Assembly (NCBI GenBank): GCA_963703285.1
Contig: OY969807.1
Location: 576,001-640,000 of the forward strand
Source of the DNA: an uncultured Nitrososphaerota archaeon
GTDB taxonomy: Archaea; Thermoproteota; Nitrososphaeria; Nitrososphaerales; Gagatemarchaeaceae
DNA: 64,000 nucleotides
Direction: 5' to 3'
Both the position numbers and the translations under genes were made by a program. This document shows, one piece after another, positions 45,457-54,409 of this stretch; position 1 is the stretch's first letter, and every line of letters begins with the position of its first letter. Under the pieces are notes generated by a model, which saw nothing but the letters and a program-made list of their open reading frames with translations, was not told the DNA's origin and did not search any database.

Positions 45457-48084
45457 CTACCTCAGGTTCCGGGATAAAGCGTTTCCTCCAAAACGAGTCG
45501 CCCCGGGGCAAAACAGGCTCTGTGTCGGCGAGTCAGGAGGGTTTTCCCCGGCGGGTGGTCCAGCCTCCTCCGCGCCCGGCTCACCAGGCTCTCCTCCGCC
45601 AGGAATCTCCTCCAATTCATCATACGGCTCCGTCTCCTCGGGTTGGGGTCCTGCCGAGGACTTCTTCTGCCTCCATTTCCGGAAGAAGAAGAAGTAGAAG
45701 ACCACGGCGACCACGATGACTATCGCAATTATAATGTAGACGAGATAGGGCTGTATGTCCTGATAGAAGGACTTGGTGGGCGGGACAGGGACGGGTTGCA
45801 CCACTATCGTGGTGGTCAGGTTCCTGCTTCCGGTGAACGGGCTCGTCACGAGAGCCCTGATGTCCGCGACCAGCGGGGCCTTGCCCGTAAAGCCAGAGGG
45901 ATCGAACGTCACGGTCGCGGTGCCAGCCGAGTTAGTCGTCGAGTTGGTTGCGGTGAGGGTACCGAAACTGGTGAACCATTGCACCTGCGCGCCGGGGACT
46001 CCAGCACCGAAGGCCTGGACCGACGCGATGATTGTGGACGTCTCGTTGGCAAAGATGAGGCTCGAAGTGGCTGCGATGTTCTCCGTTGCGGGGCTGCTGA
46101 CGGCGCGGAGAGTGAGGCTTGAAGAGCCCAGTCCTGGCGAGGACGCCGTGAGGCTCGTCAGTCCGGTCATGTTGGTCGTGAGATAGGTCGTGGCATAATC
46201 CGCACCTAGAGCAATCTTCAGGACGATAGGTTTGCTCAAGATTGTGCTGTTAGACGAGGTCACCGTCACGGTGGTAGCCTCCTGCGCTCGTGCCGGGAGG
46301 CCATTGATATCCTGCAGTTGTACCGTCAGGATAGCATCCGGGGCTATGGCCGAACCGACAGTGTCGTTCGGCCCCACATACAGGGCAAGTTTGTCAGGCG
46401 CAGGGACGACGGTAGTGAGCAGGTGCGAAGACGCGCTATACCCTGAGGCTGACGCGGTGATGTTGGAAGAACCAGGTGAAAGGCCCGTCGTCACGCTCGC
46501 AAAGGCGTATGTCTGTCCCGCCGGTATTATGATGGGAGAAGCGACCGACAAGATGTTCGAACGAGAAGAGGCGAGCTGCACGACTATGTTACTCGGGGCT
46601 ACGGCTGGATCGCCGAAGGAATCCTGCAGGCTCACGGCAAGCGCCTGATAGGTGCCACCGTTTGCCGGGATTGTGCTGGCCACCGGCGTCACTACAACGG
46701 ATACGGGTATTGGACCGAATGCAGACTCTTGAGCTTGAGCGGATTCCAGCCCCTGGGCTGATGCCGTGATTGTGGTACTTCCGACCAGGTAAGTCGACGT
46801 GATGTTGGCGATCGCGTATTCCTTCCCCTGGGGAATCGTGACCTGTGTCGTGACCGTTCCGACGGCCGTGTCAGACGACGTTATGGTGACGACCGTGTTG
46901 CTCGAGACGACGTCGGGTCTGTTCGCATTTCTTAGAGTTGAGTCAACCACTCCGACTAGGATTGCAGAGTACTCTCCGTTATCAGCCAGTACAGGGTTCG
47001 GAGCAGTGAAGATTGCGAGTCCCGCTGGCTTGTCGTCAGCGCCGAAGGCCGTTATTGCGTCGAACGCGGAAAGCAGTCCTTGAGCCGACGCGCTGACTGT
47101 CGCGGTACCGTTGAACTTTGCAGTCGTAAAGGCAGCGACCGCGCTTATCTCCCCGGTCGGGATCGTCACGGTAGTCTGTGTCACCGAAAACACTGTGAGA
47201 TTGGACGAGGTCAGAGTCACAGTGATTGGCGACGGCGCCCTCGCTGGGTTGCCGGCGGGGTCGGTCAGCCAGACCACCAGCCTCCCCGTGCTGTTCAGGA
47301 CCACGTTGTTCGGTTCCGCGCTTACTTTGAGCGAATATGGCGGGGAGCCAACGACGCCGAGCGAGGTAGTTCCCGCACTGAAGCCAGTCGACGTTGCAGT
47401 GATGAATGCTTGACCGATGGCGTAGCCCGAGGTGTAGTTCACGACGGCAAGGTCGCTTCCCGTCGGCACTATCACCCACTTCTGGTCGAGCGCTGCTATT
47501 CCAACGTTGGAAGATGAAAGAGAAACGTTGGTGTTGTAATCCGCCTTGGCGGGTAATCCCGTCTGGTCCTGGAGTTGTATCACGAGGGAGCCGAACCCGC
47601 CAGGTCGGGCGAAGACATCGGCCGGCTGGGGCGTTATCTTGATTTGAGTCGCGTACCCGCTGGGAATGTCGGTTGCGACTACGACCTCGAAGGACCTCAT
47701 GCCGCTCGCCGACGCAGTCACTGTCGTCGTGCCCGCGGTCGGGGTCGTGATGACGTTGGCAACGACGTAACCTTCGCCCTGGGGGATAGTAACGGAGGCC
47801 GGCACCGTTGCGACGTTCTGCTGTGACGAAGATAGATAGACGGTCGTGGCGTTAAGCGCAAGGGTTGGGTCTCCCGCCTTGTCAATCAAGGCCACCACCA
47901 GGGCCGGGTAGGTGTTCCCGTCCGCCGGAAGCCTAGTCGGAATCACGGTGAGTGACAACCCGGTGGCCACCGTCGGGGTCGCTCCCGGCTGTGCCAAGGC
48001 TGGTGTGACTATTGCAGGTAATCCTCCTAAGAGCAACAAAAATAGTAGGGCTACGGAGAAGGTTGCTCTACCCCAGCGCTTCAA
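45457..48084 (-). CDS. Membrane-anchored surface protein with tandem Ig-like (Big/invasin-like) repeats
   Basis: Signal peptide; six repeats of LxDxxGxPA..LxSS..IP.G..TASAxG; C-terminal TM followed by RKWRQKK. Confidence 0.85.
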   Translation of the reverse strand: MKRWGRATFSVALLFLLLLGGLPAIVTPALAQPGATPTVATGLSLTVIPTRLPADGNTYPALVVALIDKAGDPTLALNATTVYLSSSQQNVATVPASVTIPQGEGYVVANVITTPTAGTTTVTASASGMRSFEVVVATDIPSGYATQIKITPQPADVFARPGGFGSLVIQLQDQTGLPAKADYNTNVSLSSSNVGIAALDQKWVIVPTGSDLAVVNYTSGYAIGQAFITATSTGFSAGTTSLGVVGSPPYSLKVSAEPNNVVLNSTGRLVVWLTDPAGNPARAPSPITVTLTSSNLTVFSVTQTTVTIPTGEISAVAAFTTAKFNGTATVSASAQGLLSAFDAITAFGADDKPAGLAIFTAPNPVLADNGEYSAILVGVVDSTLRNANRPDVVSSNTVVTITSSDTAVGTVTTQVTIPQGKEYAIANITSTYLVGSTTITASAQGLESAQAQESAFGPIPVSVVVTPVASTIPANGGTYQALAVSLQDSFGDPAVAPSNIVVQLASSRSNILSVASPIIIPAGQTYAFASVTTGLSPGSSNITASASGYSASSHLLTTVVPAPDKLALYVGPNDTVGSAIAPDAILTVQLQDINGLPARAQEATTVTVTSSNSTILSKPIVLKIALGADYATTYLTTNMTGLTSLTASSPGLGSSSLTLRAVSSPATENIAATSSLIFANETSTIIASVQAFGAGVPGAQVQWFTSFGTLTATNSTTNSAGTATVTFDPSGFTGKAPLVADIRALVTSPFTGSRNLTTTIVVQPVPVPPTKSFYQDIQPYLVYIIIAIVIVVAVVFYFFFFRKWRQKKSSAGPQPEETEPYDELEEIPGGGEPGEPGAEEAGPPAGENPPDSPTQSLFCPGATRFGGNALSRNLR

Positions 48085-48141
48085 TAGTGGACCCCCTTGG
48101 CGCAGGGCATATATCAATTATGTGCCTGTGCCCCCCAATAT

Positions 48142-48654
48142 TCAGGAAGTCGAGGGGATGCCTACGCTCAGAATCTGAGTCGACCCTCCCTCGAACGTCA
48201 CGGTGATGATTAGCTGGTAAGTCGTCCCCGCCGTGAACGTGGTAGCGGCGCCGACATCCACGCTCCCACTCGCGAACGCGTCAATCGGCAGCAGATTACC
48301 GGGCGCAACTAGCATGCCCCCATAGTCCAAGGGGAAGCCGTTGCAGGTTGCTGCCGCGAAAGGCGGATCCGCACATGACACTACGATGTTCTTTATTGGT
48401 TGAACCCCTTCATTCCTGAGGTTGAGCGTTAGCACCCCGGTCTGGCTCGTGGATCCCGGGACGGTCATCTCGCCCGTAGCGGTGACGAGAGCCGTAGGAC
48501 CTCCTCCGGTCGTAAGGTTCGAAAAGAGACCGGTGGCAAACGCGTACAGTAGGATTGCTGCAGCTACGGCAATAAGTATCAGGAGAAGGGTCGCAACCAA
48601 TTCTGAGACCGCTCGCCTATCACCCGACCGACTATGACTTGTGGATAGACGCAC
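48142..48654 (-). CDS. Archaeal type IV pilin
   Basis: DRRA|VSELVATLLLILIAV. Confidence 0.9.
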   Translation of the reverse strand: MRLSTSHSRSGDRRAVSELVATLLLILIAVAAAILLYAFATGLFSNLTTGGGPTALVTATGEMTVPGSTSQTGVLTLNLRNEGVQPIKNIVVSCADPPFAAATCNGFPLDYGGMLVAPGNLLPIDAFASGSVDVGAATTFTAGTTYQLIITVTFEGGSTQILSVGIPSTS

Positions 48655-48705
48655 GCCTACCTCGCCCCAAATGTCGTATAATGATCGCCGTGTGCTGCCA
48701 CAGCA

Positions 48706-49206
48706 TTAACCTGCCTGGGCCGGGAGCTGCAGGGTCTGGGTTTGAGAGCTTCCGTCAGAGAAAGTGGCGGTCACACTCAGGTTGTATATGTTGGCGTAGG
48801 TAAAGTACGTCCCTGGCGCGGCATCAACTGTGATGGAGCCGCTCCCTGTGTCGCCCTCTGGCAGCGGAGCTTGCGCGGAGATGGGTACGCCGTTTCCTTC
48901 CAGTACCAGTCCCCCGCACGTGCTAGAAGCGAATTCGCTGGCGGGGCAGGCTAGGGTGATGCCAGTGATTGCCGAACTGCCCGTGTCCCTTACCTGAACA
49001 ACCAAAGTGGCAGCATTCCCCAGACTACTGGTAAGAGCGAGTACGCCAGAGGTCGTCATCGTGCCGCCCGTCGGAGGACCGAGCTTAAGGTAACCGGTGA
49101 AGTAGACGAAGATCACGATTACCGCGACTATCGTAATGACAAAGATAACCAGCAATGTGAGAGTCCTCCCCAGGGGAGTCCCTTCTGTTGCCATAATCGC
49201 CGTCAA
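48706..49206 (-). CDS. Pilin-like protein lacking a basic class III leader
   Basis: Globular domain similar to neighbouring pilins (ITGI..CP..TC..SVTATFSDGS); single N-terminal TM. Confidence 0.7.
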   Translation of the reverse strand: MTAIMATEGTPLGRTLTLLVIFVITIVAVIVIFVYFTGYLKLGPPTGGTMTTSGVLALTSSLGNAATLVVQVRDTGSSAITGITLACPASEFASSTCGGLVLEGNGVPISAQAPLPEGDTGSGSITVDAAPGTYFTYANIYNLSVTATFSDGSSQTQTLQLPAQAG

Positions 49207-49256
49207 CCACGGACTCCTCGTTAGTTTATAAGATGATTGTGCCCTGCGACTCGCAC

Positions 49257-49493
49257 ATGCCGGAAGCGCCTACCATAGACGTGACAAAGGTCTCGGGCAA
49301 GGGCCAAGTCGTCATCCCGAAGGAGATACGCGACAGACTAAAGCTTGTCCCGGGTACGAAACTCATTGTGGTGGCGACCGAGGACGCGGTCGTGCTCCAA
49401 AGGATCGAGACCGTTGCCGGCAAGATGAAGATGCGCGACATCATGGAGATTGCCAAGTCGATTACCGAGCGCTTCAAGCTAGGGAAAGGCTAA
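49257..49493 (+). CDS. Stand-alone AbrB-family DNA-binding protein
   Basis: VSGKGQVVIPKEIR; TTTATAA box upstream; no toxin downstream. Confidence 0.85.
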   Translation: MPEAPTIDVTKVSGKGQVVIPKEIRDRLKLVPGTKLIVVATEDAVVLQRIETVAGKMKMRDIMEIAKSITERFKLGKG

Positions 49494-49621
49494 TCTCTAC
49501 CCCCTCGGTACTCAAGAAACGCACAGTGCCGAGTCCCACGCTACTCCATACCCTGCATATCTTGAGAGAGTAAACCCTCGCAGCATTCTAATGCTTCAGT
49601 TTCGACGCTGGGAGTTCACTA

Positions 49622-49658
49622 ATAAAAGGGAAAAGAGCGAGGAAGATCGTCCTCGCTC
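49622..49658 (-). terminator. Hairpin plus T-rich terminator of the major pilin gene
   Basis: Perfect 9-bp stem GAGCGAGGA/TCCTCGCTC followed by TTTTCCCTTTT on the minus strand. Confidence 0.65.
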
Positions 49659-49666
49659 GGATGGGC

Positions 49667-50287
49667 TTAGATGATTCCCGTTACCGTGATTGACTGAGTG
49701 TGCGTGGAACCGTTGGCGAAGTCGACTGTTACTGAAAGGGTGTATGATGTCCCGGTTGTCAGGGGCGTGCCGGCTACTGATGTTGTGACGGCGTCGACTG
49801 CGCTGGTTTCAGCGCTGACGGCGAGTGGGGTGGCCGTGATGAGTAGAGTTGTACCGCTGGTGGTGCAGAATGGTACGGAAGTTGCTGCTAAACCAGTTTG
49901 GGTTTCACCACACATGGCCGCTGTCTCGGCGACCCCAGCAGGGGTATAACACGAGATGTCACTTGGGAGTTCACCCATGCAGACTGCCCCAGAGGTCCCC
50001 GAATCCTCCATGCCGGTGTAGGCGACTTGTATTCCGGTGATTGGACTGGCTGCATTGTTCGTGACTGAGACGATTAGTGTTCCGGCTCCGCTACCTGACG
50101 GGATTGTGAGGCTGCCTATAGCTGTAATGAGGTTAGAGCTTGCCCCGCCAGAGAGGCCTCCGATCAACCCCGTGACGAAGGCGTAGACGATGATTGCTGC
50201 TGCCACTGCGATGGCGATGAGGAGGAGTGTTGCGATGACTGGAGATACTGCTGATCTTTTCTTCTTTGGTTTCAGAAGGAACTTCAT
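49667..50287 (-). CDS. Archaeal type IV pilin, probable major pilin
   Basis: KPKKKRSA|VSPVIATLLLIAIAVAAA; own AT-rich promoter and terminator. Confidence 0.9.
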   Translation of the reverse strand: MKFLLKPKKKRSAVSPVIATLLLIAIAVAAAIIVYAFVTGLIGGLSGGASSNLITAIGSLTIPSGSGAGTLIVSVTNNAASPITGIQVAYTGMEDSGTSGAVCMGELPSDISCYTPAGVAETAAMCGETQTGLAATSVPFCTTSGTTLLITATPLAVSAETSAVDAVTTSVAGTPLTTGTSYTLSVTVDFANGSTHTQSITVTGII

Positions 50288-50324
50288 TTTTAGGAGTTCA
50301 CTTGACAGTAGCCTTCTTATGGGC

Positions 50325-50484
50325 ATTATTTAAGGAGTATGTTACTGGAACAATTTTACGTAACTAAATGCTGTATTTTTAGATAATCCATGGATTAAAT
50401 AAAGGACAAATATTTGATAAATTCTAATTAAATTAAATTTGCAGGGGAATTAATTGAATTAAATGAGGGAATTAATTTCCTGTG
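50325..50484. promoter_or_regulatory. Very AT-rich upstream region of the major pilin with repeated GGGAATTAATT motifs and TAATCCATGGATTA palindrome
   Basis: Direct inspection. Confidence 0.55.
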
Positions 50485-51462
50485 TTATGGCTGCGGAGGA
50501 GCGTCAGAGGTTGCCTCGGCTACCTTCTTAGCCGACTTGGATCCCTTGGGTCTACCCCTCCCCCTCTTGGGCTTGAACGGCAAACCGGTAACCGGATCTA
50601 TCTGAGGGGCTCCCGTCTCCTGGGGGGCAGACTCAGTCATGCTTCCGGAGCCCGATGAAGCCTGGGAATAGGGTTCGTTGGAGGAAGGTGATACCGCAGT
50701 GGCTGCTTCGGGGCCCTGGACGGCTGGTTCGGGCAAGACTTCGACGCCCTGGAGCCTTGGAGGAGCGCCTCCCTCCCAGACCACTTGGCCCGGCCTAGTA
50801 TCCTGAGGGCTCGGACCTGCCGGAGTCGGGGAGGTCCCCGCCTCGCCCTTCGATGCTGCTTCTTGCGGGGCCATGGATTGCGTCTGGACGTCGGCGGAGC
50901 CTTCTGCACGAACGGGAGTTTGTGCCCCCTCTGAAACCTGTCCCGCGCTCGAAGCCGCTTGTGGCTCCTGCAGTGGCGCAGCTGGAGGACCCCAGACGGG
51001 CGCCAGCTTCTTGTCTTCGGCGCTGGGCACAACCTCCTTAGGTTTCGCCGGAGAAACAAGGCCCATCGGTGCGACCTCGGTGTGCCTTATCCCGGGGTGA
51101 GAGTCAGTCGCGGAGGCCTTGGCTTGGCTGGGATGAATATCTACCCGGTGCTGCTCTTGGGCCGCCTGAGCTGAAAGAGGCCCCCTGCCGTAGGTCACGT
51201 CCGCCGCGCTCTCCATCTCCAGGAGCTCCTGCCTCCTTATCCCGTCGAGCCCCTTTGCGACCAGACCGTATCCAAGAGCCGCCATCACTCCCAGGAAGAC
51301 CGCCTCGAGCGTCGCGTCTTCGAGCAGAAGGTTGGTGTTCGTCACAGTGCCTACCTCCTTCTGAAGGGTGCTCACTATGAGGTACGCCTCATAGAATGCC
51401 ACGACGAGCAGCACCAAGCCTATCAGCGCGGCGCCGGTGCCAAAGACGAGTAACCTACGCAA
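50485..51462 (-). CDS. 2-TM membrane protein with long Pro/Ser/Ala-rich tail and C-terminal AT-hook
   Basis: KPKRGRGRPKG motif near the C-terminus. Confidence 0.75.
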   Translation of the reverse strand: MRRLLVFGTGAALIGLVLLVVAFYEAYLIVSTLQKEVGTVTNTNLLLEDATLEAVFLGVMAALGYGLVAKGLDGIRRQELLEMESAADVTYGRGPLSAQAAQEQHRVDIHPSQAKASATDSHPGIRHTEVAPMGLVSPAKPKEVVPSAEDKKLAPVWGPPAAPLQEPQAASSAGQVSEGAQTPVRAEGSADVQTQSMAPQEAASKGEAGTSPTPAGPSPQDTRPGQVVWEGGAPPRLQGVEVLPEPAVQGPEAATAVSPSSNEPYSQASSGSGSMTESAPQETGAPQIDPVTGLPFKPKRGRGRPKGSKSAKKVAEATSDAPPQP

Positions 51463-51570
51463 CTTGCGTTTTCGCCAGAATCTCAGAGCGCTTATTGGCC
51501 GCTATATTAAATCTGCTCCTATTCTGGTCCCCGAAAATCAGGTGGGGGCACATCGCAACGGTTCTCGTCT

Positions 51571-51804
51571 TCAGCTCTTCCTTCGTACCACTAGGTAGGC
51601 GGCGAGGATAATCAGGGCGAGAAAGGCACCCTCGACGCTGTAGTAGATGAGGGCGCTTGCGCTTCCGAAGAAGCTGCTCGCCGTGCTGATCTCCGCCGAA
51701 AGCTGCATAAGGAGGTACGCGAAAGCCACGCTGAAGACAAGAACAATCGATACGAGTGTGCCTGAGATTATCCTTGTCATGTCCGACGCGCGGATTCGGA
51801 ACAT
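51571..51804 (-). CDS. Small 2-TM membrane protein
   Basis: Shares an ExxF...(G/A)Yxx[VF] TM2 pattern with both neighbours. Confidence 0.65.
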   Translation of the reverse strand: MFRIRASDMTRIISGTLVSIVLVFSVAFAYLLMQLSAEISTASSFFGSASALIYYSVEGAFLALIILAAYLVVRRKS

Positions 51805-51897
51805 TGCTCCGAGCTATCTTCTAGGGCCTAGTTATAGTTTTGGATATTACATAAACTGAGTCCAATATGGTGGTGTATTGTCCGATATGCCACTGCT

Positions 51898-52167
51898 TCA
51901 CTCGTCCAGAACCTCGACTTCTATCGTGGGGTGCTTCACGGCGTTGGCGAAGACGTAGTATCCGCCGTAGAGCATCAGGAATACGAAGGTCGCCTCGATC
52001 GAGATGTACGCGTAGCCCGTGAAGGAGAAGGTGAGGCCTATGTTGGTGTCTGCCAGCGAAAACGCTTTGATTATCAGGAGGGTGAAAGCCGCGCCGAACC
52101 CGATCATCGCTAGCACCAGGGCCGAGACGATAACGTTGGTGAGTATCCTGGGTGTCGAATTCGACAA
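51898..52167 (-). CDS. Small 2-TM membrane protein
   Basis: IEATFVFLMLYGGYYVF; TATA-like box upstream. Confidence 0.7.
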   Translation of the reverse strand: MSNSTPRILTNVIVSALVLAMIGFGAAFTLLIIKAFSLADTNIGLTFSFTGYAYISIEATFVFLMLYGGYYVFANAVKHPTIEVEVLDE

Positions 52168-52286
52168 AACAGCTCAAGAAAGCGGGTTCTAAAACTATAT
52201 TTATACTTAAGCCGTTTTTCACATAGATAATCTGGATAAACCTTTATGTATTATCGGAACAGGTGGGGTAAATTCGAGCGACAACT

Positions 52287-53153
52287 ATGGCCGCGCGCCC
52301 CAGGGATGCCTATGCGTCGGGAAAAAGTTATAAGGACAGTCCCGACCGCGGTAAGTTCGAGGGCACTAAGCGTTCTTTGTCGGCCAAAGGGCAGACTACC
52401 ATAACCAGTCGGGCCCCTGTCGAACCAGGGCTGTCCGATTTCGGGCTTCAGGGGATAGGGTACATACTCGGGGGAGGTTTCCCGACGAACAGCGTCTATC
52501 TCCTCACAGGCGAGCCCGGGACGTTCTACGCAACTTTTGCCCAGCAGGCGCTCTACAACGCCTCGCACGATAAGACCAAGGTCGTCTACTACACATCCGA
52601 GTCGTCCAGCGAGGACGTCATCCAGGATATGCACACGTTCAAGTGGGACGTGAACGACGCCATGGACGATGGGTCTTGGATATTCACCAGAGTCGTTCCT
52701 CCGCAGCTCAAGACCATAGTCAGCAACACGCCCGAAGATCCCAGAGAGGAGCGGATCGACCTACCGCCGAACTCGCTCAACGCCCTTGAGCAGGACTTCC
52801 TCGAGAAGCTCAACGAAGGAAGGTGGAGCGCTCTCTCGCTCTCCTACCTCATGAAGAGCTACCCCGAAAGCGAGGTCATGGACCTGGTGATGTTCTGGGT
52901 CGCGGCCGCGCACAGCATGGGAGGCGTTCACTTCGTCCTTCTGCCGAAGGGCATTCATGACGACAACCAGGTCAACTACATCAAGAGCCTCGTCGACGGC
53001 GTGATGTCGTTTAAGTTCGCGCAGGGGTTCGAGCAGGCCGAGGGCGAGATAGACATCGAGAAGCTGCGCAGGGTCATCCCCAAGGTGAAGACGATCAGGC
53101 ACGCGGTTCAGGACAACGGGCTGGCAATTGAGACCACCGCAAGGGTCGGATAG
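52287..53153 (+). CDS. KaiC/RAD55/ArlH-superfamily RecA-fold protein with degenerate Walker A
   Basis: LGGGFPTNSVYLLTGEPGTFYAT; LVDGV; EKLR; GL.IET. Confidence 0.8.
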   Translation: MAARPRDAYASGKSYKDSPDRGKFEGTKRSLSAKGQTTITSRAPVEPGLSDFGLQGIGYILGGGFPTNSVYLLTGEPGTFYATFAQQALYNASHDKTKVVYYTSESSSEDVIQDMHTFKWDVNDAMDDGSWIFTRVVPPQLKTIVSNTPEDPREERIDLPPNSLNALEQDFLEKLNEGRWSALSLSYLMKSYPESEVMDLVMFWVAAAHSMGGVHFVLLPKGIHDDNQVNYIKSLVDGVMSFKFAQGFEQAEGEIDIEKLRRVIPKVKTIRHAVQDNGLAIETTARVG

Positions 53154-53375
53154 TCCCAGAAGTCGCACTGGCTTGAGACATTACACGGGTACCGTTACGC
53201 TGACACTATGTGTACTCCAAATCTATAAAAGCAACTGCCGCGGCGGGCCTTCGGGCGTGCTCAACCTGAAATCGGGAGCTGCATGGACGTGAGTGCCAGT
53301 CATGCCGACTGTGCATGGTTCAGCCTTCCCCGGTTCGGTCGAATCGACGCCGACAAGAGAGAGTGGTGACGAGAG

Positions 53376-53678
53376 ATGGGCATGGGGGGCTCGATGGTGA
53401 TGGGGATGTCCACTGACGAGTTCGTGGAGACAATTGAGTCTAGGAACCTTCGGGGTCCGGGCCTTTCGGAGCTCATCAGGTCGGCGCTGACGGACCTGCT
53501 CGGGGAGATATCCGCCGCAGCGTCGCTAGCCTACGTCGGAGACGCGGAGAACGGCGACATCAAAGGTTTCGCGGTGAGGGCGGACGAGCTCTTTGGGTCA
53601 AGCGCCCCGCTGATCTTCAGCCACATCGTCGTGATGGCCGACAAGCAGACGAAGAACCAACCGCATCCCGACGCCTGA
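53376..53678 (+). CDS. Hypothetical small helical protein
   Basis: LTDLLGE...ELFGSSA pattern reminiscent of Nitrososphaerota signalling-associated domains. Confidence 0.5.
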   Translation: MGMGGSMVMGMSTDEFVETIESRNLRGPGLSELIRSALTDLLGEISAAASLAYVGDAENGDIKGFAVRADELFGSSAPLIFSHIVVMADKQTKNQPHPDA

Positions 53679-53809
53679 CAGGGACACTTCTCACCTGGGC
53701 GGGAGGTTTCTAATCGCGCATGGCAGGAGTCGCGAGCAAATTCTGAGCCTATCATTCTGGCATATGCTCTTAAGCCGACCGACCACGACGCCCGAGGAGT
53801 GCGCGTGAT

Positions 53810-54409
53810 TTGATAGGCGTACTAACGACCGGCGGTCCGAGCTTGACGCTGGAGCTCGTAACCGTCGCAATCTTCGTCGCAATAGCCATAGTAGGATACT
53901 TCCTCTGGCCCTTCATCACCGGCGCCGGCTACGAACCCGTCCCGGGCAGGATACTCGACAGGATGATCGAGATGTCCCGCCCGGTGAAGGGGCAGAAGGT
54001 GTACGACCTCGGCTCCGGCTTCGGAAGGATCGTCATCAAGGTCGCACAGAGGACGGGGGCGACCTGCGTCGGCGTGGAGATAGACCCGCTGAAGGTGTGG
54101 TGGACGAGGAGGGTCGTCAGGAGCAGGGGACTGGAGAGCCAGGTGACGGTCATCAAGTCGAACCTCCTCGACGCGGACATCTCCCAGGCAGACTTCGTCT
54201 ACGCGTTTCTCTGGGAGGGAATCATGCAGAAGCTCGGCCATAAGGCGAGGAGGGAGATGAAGGGCGGCTCGATGATAGTCTCGTACTACCACCAGATAGA
54301 CGGCTGGGAGACGGAGGCGAAGGACGCGAAAAACAGAATCTACCTGTACAAAGTACCCGAGAAGGTGCTGGGTTCTGTCAACTTTGCGGGTGATGCCCGA
54401 AAGCGTTAG
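53810..54409 (+). CDS. Class I SAM-dependent methyltransferase with N-terminal TM (protein-lysine methyltransferase-like)
   Basis: VYDLGSGFGR, GVEID; last ~12 codons derive from the adjacent IS end. Confidence 0.85.
   Translation: MIGVLTTGGPSLTLELVTVAIFVAIAIVGYFLWPFITGAGYEPVPGRILDRMIEMSRPVKGQKVYDLGSGFGRIVIKVAQRTGATCVGVEIDPLKVWWTRRVVRSRGLESQVTVIKSNLLDADISQADFVYAFLWEGIMQKLGHKARREMKGGSMIVSYYHQIDGWETEAKDAKNRIYLYKVPEKVLGSVNFAGDARKR

Noticed and set aside
49525-49550. Possible tRNA 3' remnant after the orphan AbrB gene (CCGAGTCCCACGCTACTCCA)
   Set aside because: Too short and divergent to distinguish from chance
35322-53153. Archaellum operon
   Set aside because: Pilins have VSPVIA-type rather than archaellin GIGTLIVFIA N-termini; there are two separate T2SSF genes and no ArlF/G
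53220-53370. Structured ncRNA or riboswitch downstream of a TATA-like box
   Set aside because: Only a small GC hairpin is visible and no recognisable family motif
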